The notes under the pieces were generated by a model. It was not told where the DNA came from, did no database searches, and was given only the letters and a program-made list of their open reading frames with translations. This document shows, in pieces, positions 36,201-46,512 of a DNA stretch of 64,000 nucleotides (its first letter is position 1; the number at the start of each line of letters is the position of its first letter). A program made the position numbers and the translations under genes. The DNA comes from Trypanosoma brucei (Eukaryota), in NCBI GenBank assembly GCA_000002445.1, contig CM000208.1, positions 3,456,001 through 3,520,000 of the forward strand. The letters are read 5' to 3'.

Positions 36201-37510
36201 GCACGCACGAACGTAAATTTTTATGCGTTGAGACTCTTCCTTTTCTTTCTTTATTTCTTTACTAATTTATTCATCTCTTGAGTGTTTTGTCATAGTTTTA
36301 TCATTATTTTTTTTTTTTTGCGTCTCCTTCCTTGATGCCGCTCAGCCGCTACACATGCCTTTTCTCGCCTTCCCTTCGTTTCTCTTCGGTGTTTTCTTTT
36401 TGCTTTCCTCCTTCTTCTTTTTCCCCCCTTTTTTCTCTCTTTTCTTTTTCTTGTTTTAGTTTTAATTTTAGTTTTAGTTCTATTTTTATTATTGTTGTTG
36501 CTTTCCCCTTGTTTTGCTCCTCCATTTCCTTCATTCCTTCCCTTGTTTTAATGTTGCGGTTTTTTGTTCTGTTCTCTCCTTCAATGCTTCTTCCTTCTCC
36601 GAAATCGTGTTCGGTACGGGTTCAGATGAGAAGTCACACACACACACAAAAAAAAAAAAAAGAGATTCGGCCTCCTCCCGCTCCCCCTTTAGGTTCCAAA
36701 AAAAAAAAAAAAGAGGCGTAACAGCACTCACAGCACTGTTTCTCCATGTTTCTTTTCCTTCTTCTTCTTTCTTCCTCTTCTTTTGTTCGTTTAACATCAA
36801 TGATATGTTTCGGTGAAAAGATAAAACGAACTGTAGAAGAAAATGGGAGAAGGAGGAAGACCGATGCAGTGGCACACCATCTGCCAAAAGCGCATCTTTC
36901 TTCTGCTCTTCTTTTCTTTTTATTTCTATTCCTTCTCCTTCCTTTCCCATTTTAGTCACTTCCCCTTCACCTTCCCATAACGCCACACGCCACATGCCGT
37001 CCAAAGACAGTTTGGTGACGGTAGAAAAGGTTTTTTTTTCCCCATCCCACCACTTTAAATACCCCTCAAACATAAATAAATAAATTTATATTTATATATA
37101 TATATATATACTTTTTTTTTCGTTTCTCTGTGCGCGAGCGGCTCCACGGCTGACGGTCAAGAATTTCTGAAACTCTGCTCCCTTCCCCTCCCTTCCCTTC
37201 CTCCTTCAGTAACAACACAAAAAGACGCTCCCTCGTCCTCCTCTAAGCGGAAGAGGAGTTCTGGGGTGAAACGAACTTCGAAACAAGAAAAAAAAAAAGG
37301 TCTCGCAACACTCCCCACCTCCTAACCAATAAACACACACTTACAATCATTCCGCTACCAACCAACTCACTATCCTATACCTACGTGTTGAACTGCACGG
37401 AGCACAATTTATCTTTCCAGTCACGCAAAGACAAAAAGGAAGCGTCAAACCTCAGCGTCACTTTCTTCCACAAAGTGTAGTTCTGCAGCCGTTAACACTT
37501 TCACACACAC

Positions 37511-39367
37511 TTACATGGTGGGGCCTCCTCCTCCTCCTCCAAACATCCCGCGCATATTTCCTCCCGATGCTCCAAATCCCCCGCTGCCGAAACCGCCACC
37601 ACCGCCACCACCACCGCCGCCGCGACCACCGCCCATTCCAAAACCACCGCTGTTGCCGCCACGCCCGAAAACGTTGCTCATTCCAAAACCACCGCTGTTG
37701 CCACCCCGACCGCCGCGATAACCACCGCCACCACCGCCGCCACCGCGACCACCGCCCATTCCAAAACCACCGCTGTTGCCACCACGCCCGAAACCGCGAT
37801 AACCGCCGCCACCACCTCCGCGGTTATTGTTGTTGTTATTATTGTTGGGGCGCTTGGCCAGTGCACGAACTTCAGGAGAAATGACCTGATTGGTCTCATT
37901 GAGAAGTGGAATGAGATCATCCACAATGTTGCGGTTCTTCTCGTTAAAAAATGAAATGGCGACGCCCACTTTGCCAGCACGGCCTGTGCGGCCGATGCGA
38001 TGCACGTAATCGTCAATATTGCTCGGCATGTCATATTGGATCACAACCCCGACATTGGGGATGTCGAGTCCGCGAGAAGCTACGTCTGTTGCGACAAGAA
38101 CTTGACAAGCGCCTGACTTAAACAGCCTGAGAGCCTCTTCGCGCTCACGCTGCACACGATCGCCGTGGATAGAAACGCACGCCAACTCGCTATTGCGCAG
38201 GAAACGCTCCAAATAATCGGCATCACGCTTCTTTTCGACAAAAACGAGAACAAGCTTGCCTTCATTTTCACGAAGTAACGTGAGTAGCGCCTGACGCTTG
38301 TCCGGGTCCTCAATCCAGCGAACGTCCTGAGTGATATTCTCCGTTGTGGAGCCCACGCGTCCAACCTGAAGGAACGAGTGGCGGCACATAAACTCCCTGG
38401 CGAGCCGCTGAATCTCAACGGGAAAAGTGGCAGAATAGAGCAGAGTTTGGCGCTGACCTGCCCTTGGCATATCACTGTCTGGACCTTGAACAATCATCCG
38501 AATTTGCGGTTCAAATCCCATATCCAGCATTCGATCAGCTTCATCCAATATCAGGAAGCGGATTTCAGAGAAGCGGACGTATCCACGAGAGAACATATCC
38601 ATAAGTCGTCCAGGGGTCGCAACAAGCAATTTACACCCGCGGGAGAGCTCATGTACCTGGTGGCGTGGATCAGCACCGCCATAGACGACTACACAGCGGA
38701 CAGGCGTATGGTAGGTGAACTTGCGGGCTTCTCCATAGATCTGAAGGGAAAGCTCCCTCGTTGGTGCAAGGATAAGGGCTTGGGGGCTGGAGTGGCTGCC
38801 CGGGCTGTACGGAGGGCGGTTCGAAATATTCAACAGTATCTCGTTGATAGCAGGAATAAGGTACGAAGCTGTTTTCCCCGAACCAGTTTGTGCACACGCC
38901 ATAAGATCCCGATGATTGAGCGCTGTTGGAATACCCAAGCTCTGCACAGGCGTTGGCTTGGTGTACCCACAGCGTTTCACATTTTCCAGCAGCACCGGAA
39001 CCATGTTCATTTCACTGAACGATAACACTGGCGCAATGTCGTTTGGCGTGATAGTCATATTCACCTCTCCGTGTTGGTCAAAGTTGATGCCCGGAGTGTG
39101 ATCCTTAAATATGTCCTCATCGGCTGGCTCCTCACGGTGGTAGCCATGGCCGGAGGTTTCCCCTTGGTACGGCACGTTGCGACGGATAAATTCGCCACGA
39201 CCACGGGAGGGGCCATCAAAACCTTCGCGCGGCCTTTGCTGATAACCACCATAGTTGTTGTACCCAACCTGGTGGCCGGCTTCGCCAAATGCTGGGGCGC
39301 GTGCCCACGGGTTGGCGTTGGGGTTGAACTGCTGATGGCCGCCCTGGCCGAAATTCATGCCGTGCAT
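37511..39367 (-). CDS. HEL67: DDX3/Ded1-family DEAD-box RNA helicase (trypanosomatid HEL67-like) with a C-terminal Gly/Arg-rich tail
   Basis: Motifs Q (TKPTPVQ), I (AQTGSGKT), Ia (PTRELS), DEAD (LDEADRMLDMGF), SAT and HRIGRTGRAG are present. The track ORF begins at TTG 39568 with a hydrophobic, pyrimidine-tract-derived extension. I place the start at ATG 39367..39365 (MHGMNFGQGG), directly downstream of a PPT-like stretch. Confidence 0.85.
   Translation of the reverse strand: MHGMNFGQGGHQQFNPNANPWARAPAFGEAGHQVGYNNYGGYQQRPREGFDGPSRGRGEFIRRNVPYQGETSGHGYHREEPADEDIFKDHTPGINFDQHGEVNMTITPNDIAPVLSFSEMNMVPVLLENVKRCGYTKPTPVQSLGIPTALNHRDLMACAQTGSGKTASYLIPAINEILLNISNRPPYSPGSHSSPQALILAPTRELSLQIYGEARKFTYHTPVRCVVVYGGADPRHQVHELSRGCKLLVATPGRLMDMFSRGYVRFSEIRFLILDEADRMLDMGFEPQIRMIVQGPDSDMPRAGQRQTLLYSATFPVEIQRLAREFMCRHSFLQVGRVGSTTENITQDVRWIEDPDKRQALLTLLRENEGKLVLVFVEKKRDADYLERFLRNSELACVSIHGDRVQREREEALRLFKSGACQVLVATDVASRGLDIPNVGVVIQYDMPSNIDDYVHRIGRTGRAGKVGVAISFFNEKNRNIVDDLIPLLNETNQVISPEVRALAKRPNNNNNNNNRGGGGGGYRGFGRGGNSGGFGMGGGRGGGGGGGGYRGGRGGNSGGFGMSNVFGRGGNSGGFGMGGGRGGGGGGGGGGFGSGGFGASGGNMRGMFGGGGGGPTM
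37560..37860. repeat. Internal tandem repeats encoding the RGG/GGFGM tail of the helicase
   Basis: The core cattccaaaaccaccgctgttgcc[g/a]cc[a/c]cgcccgaaa occurs three times on the plus strand, which gives GRGGNSGGFGM three times on the minus strand. Long (ccgccacc)n Gly-codon runs separate the copies. Confidence 0.7.
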
Positions 39368-40811
39368 TTTCAAATATCTTTTTTTTTTTGTGAGGGGCAA
39401 GATGGGTGCACAAGGTGGTGAAAGACGTGTCAAAGATTTAAAGCAAACAAGTAACGCTCGTGTAAAGAAGGACAGAGGACAAACAGTTAGCATAAACACG
39501 AAAACGGAGCAAAAAAGCAGCGGACCAAAGCATGGATACGCATGTGAGCAGTACGCAAAACAAAACAAAAAGGAATAAAAAATAGATCACGTTAAAAAAG
39601 CATTGAGGTGATCACACGAATGGCTTGGGCTCACCTCAAACAATACTCACATCACTCACGAACACATAATTCGATGTTGGTGTGCCTCATCCAACGTTCC
39701 CTTGAGTGTTTTTGCACACAATATTCAGTGGAAGGGAAAAGTAACAAGATGTAGCAGCAAAGGGGGAAAACAATGGAATACAACAAAACAAAGTAAGCAA
39801 TATAACAAGCTTCAACGGCCCAACATTACACAAAACATGTTTTGCAACCACGTCACTGCACAAAAGCCTCAATCTTTTTTTCCCCACCACCACCAGCATA
39901 AATAAGGGGTCTCATATAATATGCCTGAGATAACCTCTTTTCCTCACAGCAACAGCCCAGTAATTGCATCACCCCACCCCCACCCGTTAAAAATAAAAAA
40001 ATAAAAAGGACAAGGGCAACACCATCGCGTTTGTTTTTGGAACAAATTATGCACGTCCGCGCGCGGATGTACGCACGGAAACTAACAATGAAACTAAACC
40101 TTATGTCTCTCAGCCTCCCGTGAGAATATACGCTGCGTACACTTACACAGAAATTCGGTGAGGCCACGGCAGTGCAAGTAGTCCGCTTTGTAATGGGGCA
40201 CAACATCAGTGACAACTCTTTGGCACGAATTGCAGTGTTGCCTGAGGAAAGAAATCGAGAAAAAAAAGTGTTTACACTTTGATCCTTCCGTCAATATCGT
40301 AAGGTTGCAGCATAAACCCTCCATGCTGTTCATATCTCAGTGCAAGCGCAGATGCAACAGCCGCCGTTCACTATTCCACGGATGGCATAATCATCGGCGG
40401 CATTAAGTTCCTGTCTGTCCTTACCTACAAATAATGATCTCAACAATAAACAAATAGCAAATACACGAAGGAAAAACAAAACGCAGGAGAAGGACACATG
40501 TGAAATGTTACAAGTGAGGCCGACGAAACCTCCGAAACCACAGGTTACACCACTTCTGCGCGGCGAATCCAAACATGCAGAACAACCTACACATTACATA
40601 TCCCTCATTCTTTTCTAGTTCCCACAAGAATCCTTCCCACAACGCACGTAAACGAACTCCACCACAGGTGGTAAACACGTGGCAGTATAACGGACGCTGA
40701 GGAAGTAAAAAAAAAAAAATGTACATATATTGGTCTGTATAGATATGTTTGCGTACGCATAAATTAATACAAGGAAGCGTCTTACACCGGGGTCGATTCA
40801 CTGCCTCCGCC

Positions 40812-42821
40812 TTATCTCCGTTTAACCTTCTTTCCGCTTCTTGTCAACATGAGGTCCTCCCGCAGCCGTTCCACATCGGTCCTGTACGGCTCCCAGAGTT
40901 CCATGAATTCGTATTGGAGAGAAGAGAAGACGGTTGGCTCAAGCGCACGCAGCCCCTGGAAATGTGATTCCACCATTTGATAACCGACAGCCGGAACGGC
41001 AACCAACGGCTTCTCGGCCTCTTTCTTATCGGTAGTTTTTGCCTTCTTGGGTTCTGCCGCCACGGGGGCCACTGGTTTTTCTCGTGCTTCATACGACACC
41101 TTGAACATCTCTTCATTCACTGGGTGTTTGGAAATTACGACATGTGCGATGGAGATGGTCATTTTCGTCAGCAGATCCGTCTCTGTGGCCGCTGCAAACG
41201 ACACCACGGCTGAGGAGGTGGTTCTCTTCCTTCGTTTTGAGCTTTTTGGAAGAGGTTCACGGGGTTTCCAACCACGAACAACAGCACGTGAAAAGAAATT
41301 GGCCGCAACGTCAAACTTCCTCTCCTCAAATGCACCATCGGCCAAGATCAACATCGCTTCCGTAATGCTCTCAGGCGGAATCGATGGTCCCTGAGGAGAG
41401 GAAAGAGATACCTCTACAAACTTTTCGTAATCACGCAGCGCCGCTGCACGATCCTCGTGTGAATTTGATGGATACCTTTCACTGCGCTGGTAGAACGCGT
41501 TGGCTCGTTGCAGGTACGCCATAGCTCTGCAATAATGTTCCCCATGCATACTTAACAGAAGTGATAAGTCTACAATCGCATTATTGAAATTCTCCAGCTT
41601 CGATGCGTACACAGAAGCACGGCGCAAAAGCGTTTGTTGCCGCTCCAGCGCCGTCTGCCGGCGATCGAGGGCTTTAGAAAGTTCCTCCAACTCCGACTGC
41701 GTATCATTCATCATAGCACACACATCGGCTGCACGAAAGTGATACCTTGCGCAGTTGCTGCGCAGATGCTGAAGATTGCGAAGGTTCTCAAGAGCCAGCG
41801 GCACATCACCTGCTGCAATGGCACCTTCGGCGGCCTCCTCGAAGGCATTTACGTATTCTACATTTGAGGCAGCCAGTTTGTAGAACTCGCGCGCCTGCCT
41901 CATCCGCTCGTCTGCTACGCTACAACACACGTGCACTTTTTCAGGGGAAGATTCGGCCGAAGCTTGTGAAAGTGACTCCTCTGCCTGCCGGTCCCTCACA
42001 AGACCCAAACAATAATACGCATGAGACTCATAAAAACTTGGTGAATCAAAGAATTTTGGACTCTTCGATGAAGGGGAAAGTATGGTAGAGTTTGACTCCT
42101 TTGCAAACCGCAACAACTCACGCAAGTGGTGTTCGGCACCCTCATAATGACCTGCCTTCAGAGCACATTGACCGGTGTGAGCCAGCATGGCCATGCTGGG
42201 CTCGTTAATGAAAAGGTACTTTTTGTACTCGTTGTACGCGTCGTTGTAATTTCCTAGATGTTCTTGACAGGAGGCTCGCAAGGCATATGTGGCCGATGTG
42301 AGAGGATCTAAACGGCTGCTTAGTAGAAAGAAATTGAGGGCCTTCTGGTAGTCGCTCTGCCGCATCGCTACCTTCCCTAAGCGAGAGAGAATCCCCGCAA
42401 CACAACTGTGGTTCTGCTCCGCCATGCCTTCGGGTACAATTGCTCCGCTTTGAGTGTCACCCACTGGATGGTTTCCACCCCGCTGCAACTGCTCTAAAGC
42501 AATCTGCAGGTAATTGTTCGCTTCGGTGAGTTTACCCTCATTCTCCAGTGCATCAGCACGGTCAATACACCATTGGACGGAAACTGCAAAATTCCACGCC
42601 GACGACGAGGCACCTTTAATGGTGGCTTCACGACGTGTGGCGAAAGGTACACCACACGTTCCACCGTAGCGGTCGGAGAAGGTGTGATACGCCGGGGGTT
42701 CCCGGCCGGACTCAACTACCGACCGATGGTACTCCTCAACAAGACGCCGCCTGAAAGCCGGGCAATCGTTTTTTGGCGGCACCACTTTGACGGCGGCGGC
42801 CTTTTTCTTTGAATCGCTCAT
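40812..42821 (-). CDS. TPR-repeat protein, hypothetical (669 aa)
   Basis: ATG at 42821. There are multiple TPR-like helical pairs (AYNEYKKYLFINEPSMAMLAHTGQCALKAGHYEGAEHHLRELL and similar). There is no match to IFT70/BBS TPR proteins that I can recall. Confidence 0.55.
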   Translation of the reverse strand: MSDSKKKAAAVKVVPPKNDCPAFRRRLVEEYHRSVVESGREPPAYHTFSDRYGGTCGVPFATRREATIKGASSSAWNFAVSVQWCIDRADALENEGKLTEANNYLQIALEQLQRGGNHPVGDTQSGAIVPEGMAEQNHSCVAGILSRLGKVAMRQSDYQKALNFFLLSSRLDPLTSATYALRASCQEHLGNYNDAYNEYKKYLFINEPSMAMLAHTGQCALKAGHYEGAEHHLRELLRFAKESNSTILSPSSKSPKFFDSPSFYESHAYYCLGLVRDRQAEESLSQASAESSPEKVHVCCSVADERMRQAREFYKLAASNVEYVNAFEEAAEGAIAAGDVPLALENLRNLQHLRSNCARYHFRAADVCAMMNDTQSELEELSKALDRRQTALERQQTLLRRASVYASKLENFNNAIVDLSLLLSMHGEHYCRAMAYLQRANAFYQRSERYPSNSHEDRAAALRDYEKFVEVSLSSPQGPSIPPESITEAMLILADGAFEERKFDVAANFFSRAVVRGWKPREPLPKSSKRRKRTTSSAVVSFAAATETDLLTKMTISIAHVVISKHPVNEEMFKVSYEAREKPVAPVAAEPKKAKTTDKKEAEKPLVAVPAVGYQMVESHFQGLRALEPTVFSSLQYEFMELWEPYRTDVERLREDLMLTRSGKKVKRR

Positions 42822-43186
42822 CCTAAGGAAAATAATGACAATAGTAACACCAATAGCAGGTTATGAACGGAGTCAACCCTTTTTTTTCACTTTTTTTTCT
42901 CCTTCACGATTCTCAGACCCACCTGAGTAACACCTACACTACACACAGACTCAGGCTAGTGTTCATATGGTAAAAAAAAATAAAGAAAAAAAGCATAACA
43001 TATCAGGCAAGAATCACCAACTGTAATAGTACAAGCAAAGTTAACCTGGCCCTAAGAAGGCCAACCGAGAGGGCACAACAACAGAATCATAGTGGTAGTC
43101 AAACATTCAAGACGAAAAAAAAAAAAGATGCAGATGTACAAACAAGCGAAATCTACACATAACAAAAGGGCGGAAACCCAACAACT

Positions 43187-45343
43187 CTACTCTACATCCA
43201 AGCCCCATCCCTCGGCAACATTCGTCCCAACTGATTCCTCCCCGTCTCTGCTGCTGTTTCCAGCGTCCAAATCATCGCCGCCGCCACTAGTGCTATCAAC
43301 GTTCTTGGAGAGAGCCCCAAGGGGTGCAGAAACAAGAGGCGTCCGCCACTCTACATTCATTTCTGGGTACTCTTGAGCACGGCGATCACGTAATTTCAAT
43401 TGCTCTAGTTCAAGTACCTCATCACAGCGAAGAAGACCCAATCGCGGAATGAAACGGCTGTTTTCATTCGTAGTTTTATCAGGCATATCCAGCATCGTAC
43501 CACATTTGCAGATACCCTTCGACCACTCTCCAACAAAATACTGCTGCTTCTGCGTATAGCACCACAAGCCCGGACCTTCGCGAAGACCAAGGGCCCAGTA
43601 ACCGTCATACCAGTCCCCGCTTGTTAAACGTAAGATCCCCCTACCGTAGTGCTGATCATCACGGAACTCACCCTTGTAGATATCTCCATTAGCGAAGAAC
43701 AACCTCCCAAACCCATCCCGCTTACCCCCGGACCACCCACCCTCGTAAACATCGCCATTCTCCTCCCACGATATTCCTACACCATCGCGCTTTCCTGCGA
43801 GCCATTCCCCACGATAGACACGTACCCACGGTGACTTCACATCTTTTCGCAACCAGAGTGTTCCCTCGCCTTCACGTAATCCGTTGCGGAACTCACCCCG
43901 GTATTTGCTAAGTTTTTTTAGTAGTTCACCGAAGCCGCCAAACTTCCCGTCCTCCCACTGACCTTCGTATGATTCGGTCTTACGAGGCGTAAGAAAGATC
44001 CGTTTACGCATTCCGTGTGTGTCCACTTTTCCATGGAGGCGTTGGGCTCGAGTCTTGCAACGCTCAATGATGGCCGCCTCGGGATCCACCGCTGGGGATT
44101 TCACGGCCCCACGCCGTGGGTCAAACCCGTGTAATTTCCGATATATTTGCAATAATTTCTCCTCTGCCTCATTCAGGGGACAGCCATTAGCATCCGAGCC
44201 ATACAACTCCGCCACAGCTTCAGCACCGAGTAGCTCCTCTTGCCGGCGCAGCTCTTTCAGCAATAGGCCGCGTTCAGACACAACGACTATCGCCTTCAGG
44301 GCACAGCGCAACCGGCGGAAGTACTGCAAGTTTTCAAGCGTGTCAATTGACTCCTTAAACTGCAATGGATTTGTGCATCCAACAACAAAGGAGGCCTCAA
44401 GTCCAGAGATGAACTGGGACATTAATCGTGAAAACTTACACTCCATGAAAAATGACTGACTACTGCAGATGAGGTCATGGTGACCCTCTGGGGTTGTCGC
44501 CCGCGACCTACGCTTCTCACGGTAATTAATAGAATGAATGACTGCTGCTCGAAGAAGAGTTACACTTACGTTGATACCACAACCCTCCTTCAGCTGATCA
44601 CCTGCAACGCCCTTCAAACCGAGGCAGTCTGTCCCTTTGAGATGTACAAATGTCATTGAGCGTATTACAGTCTTTCCCGAATCCACTTTGGGAGTTGTGG
44701 AAACCATAAGCTGCAGGAAACCATGCCAACGACTCTGCCGTTGCTTGGTGCGACGGACACGATTCCTGTTTCCACGTTCAAGTTGTTCGAGAAAATCCTC
44801 AAATGTTGGCACCCTAACTGCCATCAGATTTGGTATGACGAGACGGTCGAAAGTGTCACGGGTAACCGTATACGCTCTCTCTGATCCATCTTCGTCCAGC
44901 AAGTTGTCCTCCACGGAGTCGCGGTTCATCTCCCAATAACGCAGCACAATATCCGTCTCAAATTCCCCCGCAACAGCCCCGAGTCGTTGATAAAGTCCCC
45001 CCACCGTGTCATAAATAAGACCAACAGATTCGTTGTCCCCGAATAAGGTGTGAGTCTTACCTGTAACAGCAAACCCCATGACAACCACGTTGGAGCTGAG
45101 ACCTTGAGCAACCAGATCAATCATCTCCAAGCCTATCGCATGGTATAGCTCCTCCTGCTTTGCAGAGCAGGGGAAGAAATAGTCACAGTCGTACATCAAA
45201 CCTTCTGTGGCATCGGGAGAGTAGGCAAAAAGTTTTCCCTCGCTCTGCCTGACGTGTAATTTCACGCCAAGTATATCCTCTTCCGCAATGGGCCGCTCCC
45301 GCACAGCGATACGGACCCGGTCGAACGAACTGGAATTCTCCAT
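43187..45343 (-). CDS. Kinesin-like protein with a degenerate motor domain and C-terminal MORN repeats (718 aa from MENSSS)
   Basis: The track start 45490 is GTG; the first ATG is 45343. It has a kinesin-type N-terminus (VRIAVRERP) and a P-loop GFAVTGKT. Switch I is weakened (SRWHGF versus SSRSH), and switch II is HLKGTD instead of DLAGSE. The C-terminus carries at least six Y-x-G-x-W-x-x-G-x-x-x-G MORN units (YEGQWEDGKFGGFG, YRGEWLAGKRDGVG, YEGGWSGGKRDGFG and others). Confidence 0.6.
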   Translation of the reverse strand: MENSSSFDRVRIAVRERPIAEEDILGVKLHVRQSEGKLFAYSPDATEGLMYDCDYFFPCSAKQEELYHAIGLEMIDLVAQGLSSNVVVMGFAVTGKTHTLFGDNESVGLIYDTVGGLYQRLGAVAGEFETDIVLRYWEMNRDSVEDNLLDEDGSERAYTVTRDTFDRLVIPNLMAVRVPTFEDFLEQLERGNRNRVRRTKQRQSRWHGFLQLMVSTTPKVDSGKTVIRSMTFVHLKGTDCLGLKGVAGDQLKEGCGINVSVTLLRAAVIHSINYREKRRSRATTPEGHHDLICSSQSFFMECKFSRLMSQFISGLEASFVVGCTNPLQFKESIDTLENLQYFRRLRCALKAIVVVSERGLLLKELRRQEELLGAEAVAELYGSDANGCPLNEAEEKLLQIYRKLHGFDPRRGAVKSPAVDPEAAIIERCKTRAQRLHGKVDTHGMRKRIFLTPRKTESYEGQWEDGKFGGFGELLKKLSKYRGEFRNGLREGEGTLWLRKDVKSPWVRVYRGEWLAGKRDGVGISWEENGDVYEGGWSGGKRDGFGRLFFANGDIYKGEFRDDQHYGRGILRLTSGDWYDGYWALGLREGPGLWCYTQKQQYFVGEWSKGICKCGTMLDMPDKTTNENSRFIPRLGLLRCDEVLELEQLKLRDRRAQEYPEMNVEWRTPLVSAPLGALSKNVDSTSGGGDDLDAGNSSRDGEESVGTNVAEGWGLDVE

Positions 45344-45674
45344 ATAGTAACGACCCAATGTGCCTCCTTCCAAATTTGATATAACTAAAATGAGCTTGAT
45401 GCCCACGCAGACAGCGAGAAAGGTAGTTAACAATTTTAAAAGAAAAAGACGGAGAAGAAGAGAGAAATTACCTGTTGAAAAACGTTTCACTCTTTTTCGG
45501 TAGTGTGCGGAAGCTCATGTCGCCTCTTTGTCTTCACAAGAGCCTGTGAAACAAAAGGGCCTCATTGAAGGAAAAAAAAACCGAATTCCTCTGTGCATTA
45601 GCAAAAACAAGCAATAATAACAGAAGAGAAATTAATTCAAAGAAAAATAATTGAAACCACCGTTGACCGCCGAT

Positions 45675-46175
45675 TTACTTCTTCGGCTTGCTCTTGGGGA
45701 CGGGCACACGCTCCTGGGGCTGCGTCATAAAAAGTTGCACGTGGCACGGACTGCGCATGTACGGTGTGATACGACCATGTGCACGGAACGTACGGCGACG
45801 CACGCGAGGGGCCTGATCCACCTGAACGTGTTTAATGACCATTTTGCCGGGGTCAAGCCCCTTCTCGATGGCGTTCGCCTCGGCGTTCTTCAACAGCGAC
45901 AGCATTGCCACAACGGACTTGCGCGGCCAGCGTCCCTTCGTCTGCCCCCATTCCTTCGCTTGTGCTGTGTTACCAATCTTTCCATTGTAGCGCTTGAAGG
46001 GAATGCAGCGGGTTTTGGCCAGGACTTGACGGTACAGCTGCTGCGCTTTGCGGAGCTTCATACCGTTGATCACATTAGCCGTCTCGAAGGTATTCTTGTA
46101 GTGGCACCGGAGGTCGGCGATCTTCGCCTTGGCCGTCTTCGAGGAAACCTGTGGCTTGCGGGAGTAATGCACCAT
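45675..46175 (-). CDS. RPL17: 60S ribosomal protein L17 (uL22), 166 aa
   Basis: ATG at 46175. MVHYSRKP...CIPFKRYNGKIGNTAQAKEWGQTKGRWPRKS...RRRTFRAHGRITPYMRSPCHV aligns along its whole length with eukaryotic RPL17. Confidence 0.92.
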   Translation of the reverse strand: MVHYSRKPQVSSKTAKAKIADLRCHYKNTFETANVINGMKLRKAQQLYRQVLAKTRCIPFKRYNGKIGNTAQAKEWGQTKGRWPRKSVVAMLSLLKNAEANAIEKGLDPGKMVIKHVQVDQAPRVRRRTFRAHGRITPYMRSPCHVQLFMTQPQERVPVPKSKPKK

Positions 46176-46512
46176 GGCTTGGCGGTAAAGTTCCTATTAT
46201 ATATATATATATATTGGTGTGGCAGTGGAGAAGCGCGGTGCAAAACAGAGCAAAATCGGACAACGAGTATACGAGCAAATAAGAAACAGTGAAAACAAGC
46301 AGAAGCACAGGAATAGAGATCACAAAAAGAGGCACAAAAAATCCACTGCAGCAGAAAATTGGCAGAGCTATGCAAGGGAAAAAAAAAATGCCATCTACAA
46401 CTTACGAGGCGGCCTGCTGTATACAAACGACTGTCAAGGGCATGATGTCCAATCCCACCCACTGAATCCGGTATATTAGTTTGTATCAGATATGTATAAT
46501 ATATATATATAC

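Larger units (their letters stand above)
26542..37510. repeat. About 11 kb gene-free low-complexity tract made of microsatellites, homopolymer runs and kb-scale alternating polypurine/polypyrimidine blocks
   Basis: No ORF that is not composition-driven. Visible repeats include (GAT)n, (TA)n, (AAT/ATT)n, (GCTGTT)n, (CT)n, (GAAT)n and A/T runs. Strand composition flips every 0.3-1 kb. The tract must contain the helicase 3'UTR, the Rpn8 5'UTR and the processing signals between them. Confidence 0.75.

Noticed and set aside
26542-37510. Centromere or strand-switch region hypothesis for the long tract
   Set aside because: There are no tandem ~147-bp AT-rich repeats or retroelement remnants, and genes on both sides are on the same strand. 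It is kept only as a possible internal termination/re-initiation site under the main finding.
39493-39568. N-terminal hydrophobic extension of the helicase ORF (TTG start at 39568, ATG at 39493)
   Set aside because: The extension is encoded by pyrimidine-rich sequence (tgtcctctgtccttctttacac...ccttgtgcacccatcttgcccctcac), which is typical of an SL-acceptor/5'UTR. The DDX3 homology begins at MHGMNFGQGG at 39367.
40052-40069. GC-rich near-palindrome acgtccgcgcgcggatgt in the helicase-TPR spacer
   Set aside because: It is short (16 of 18 symmetric) and isolated. Many such sequences occur by chance in GC-rich patches, and it has no supporting context.
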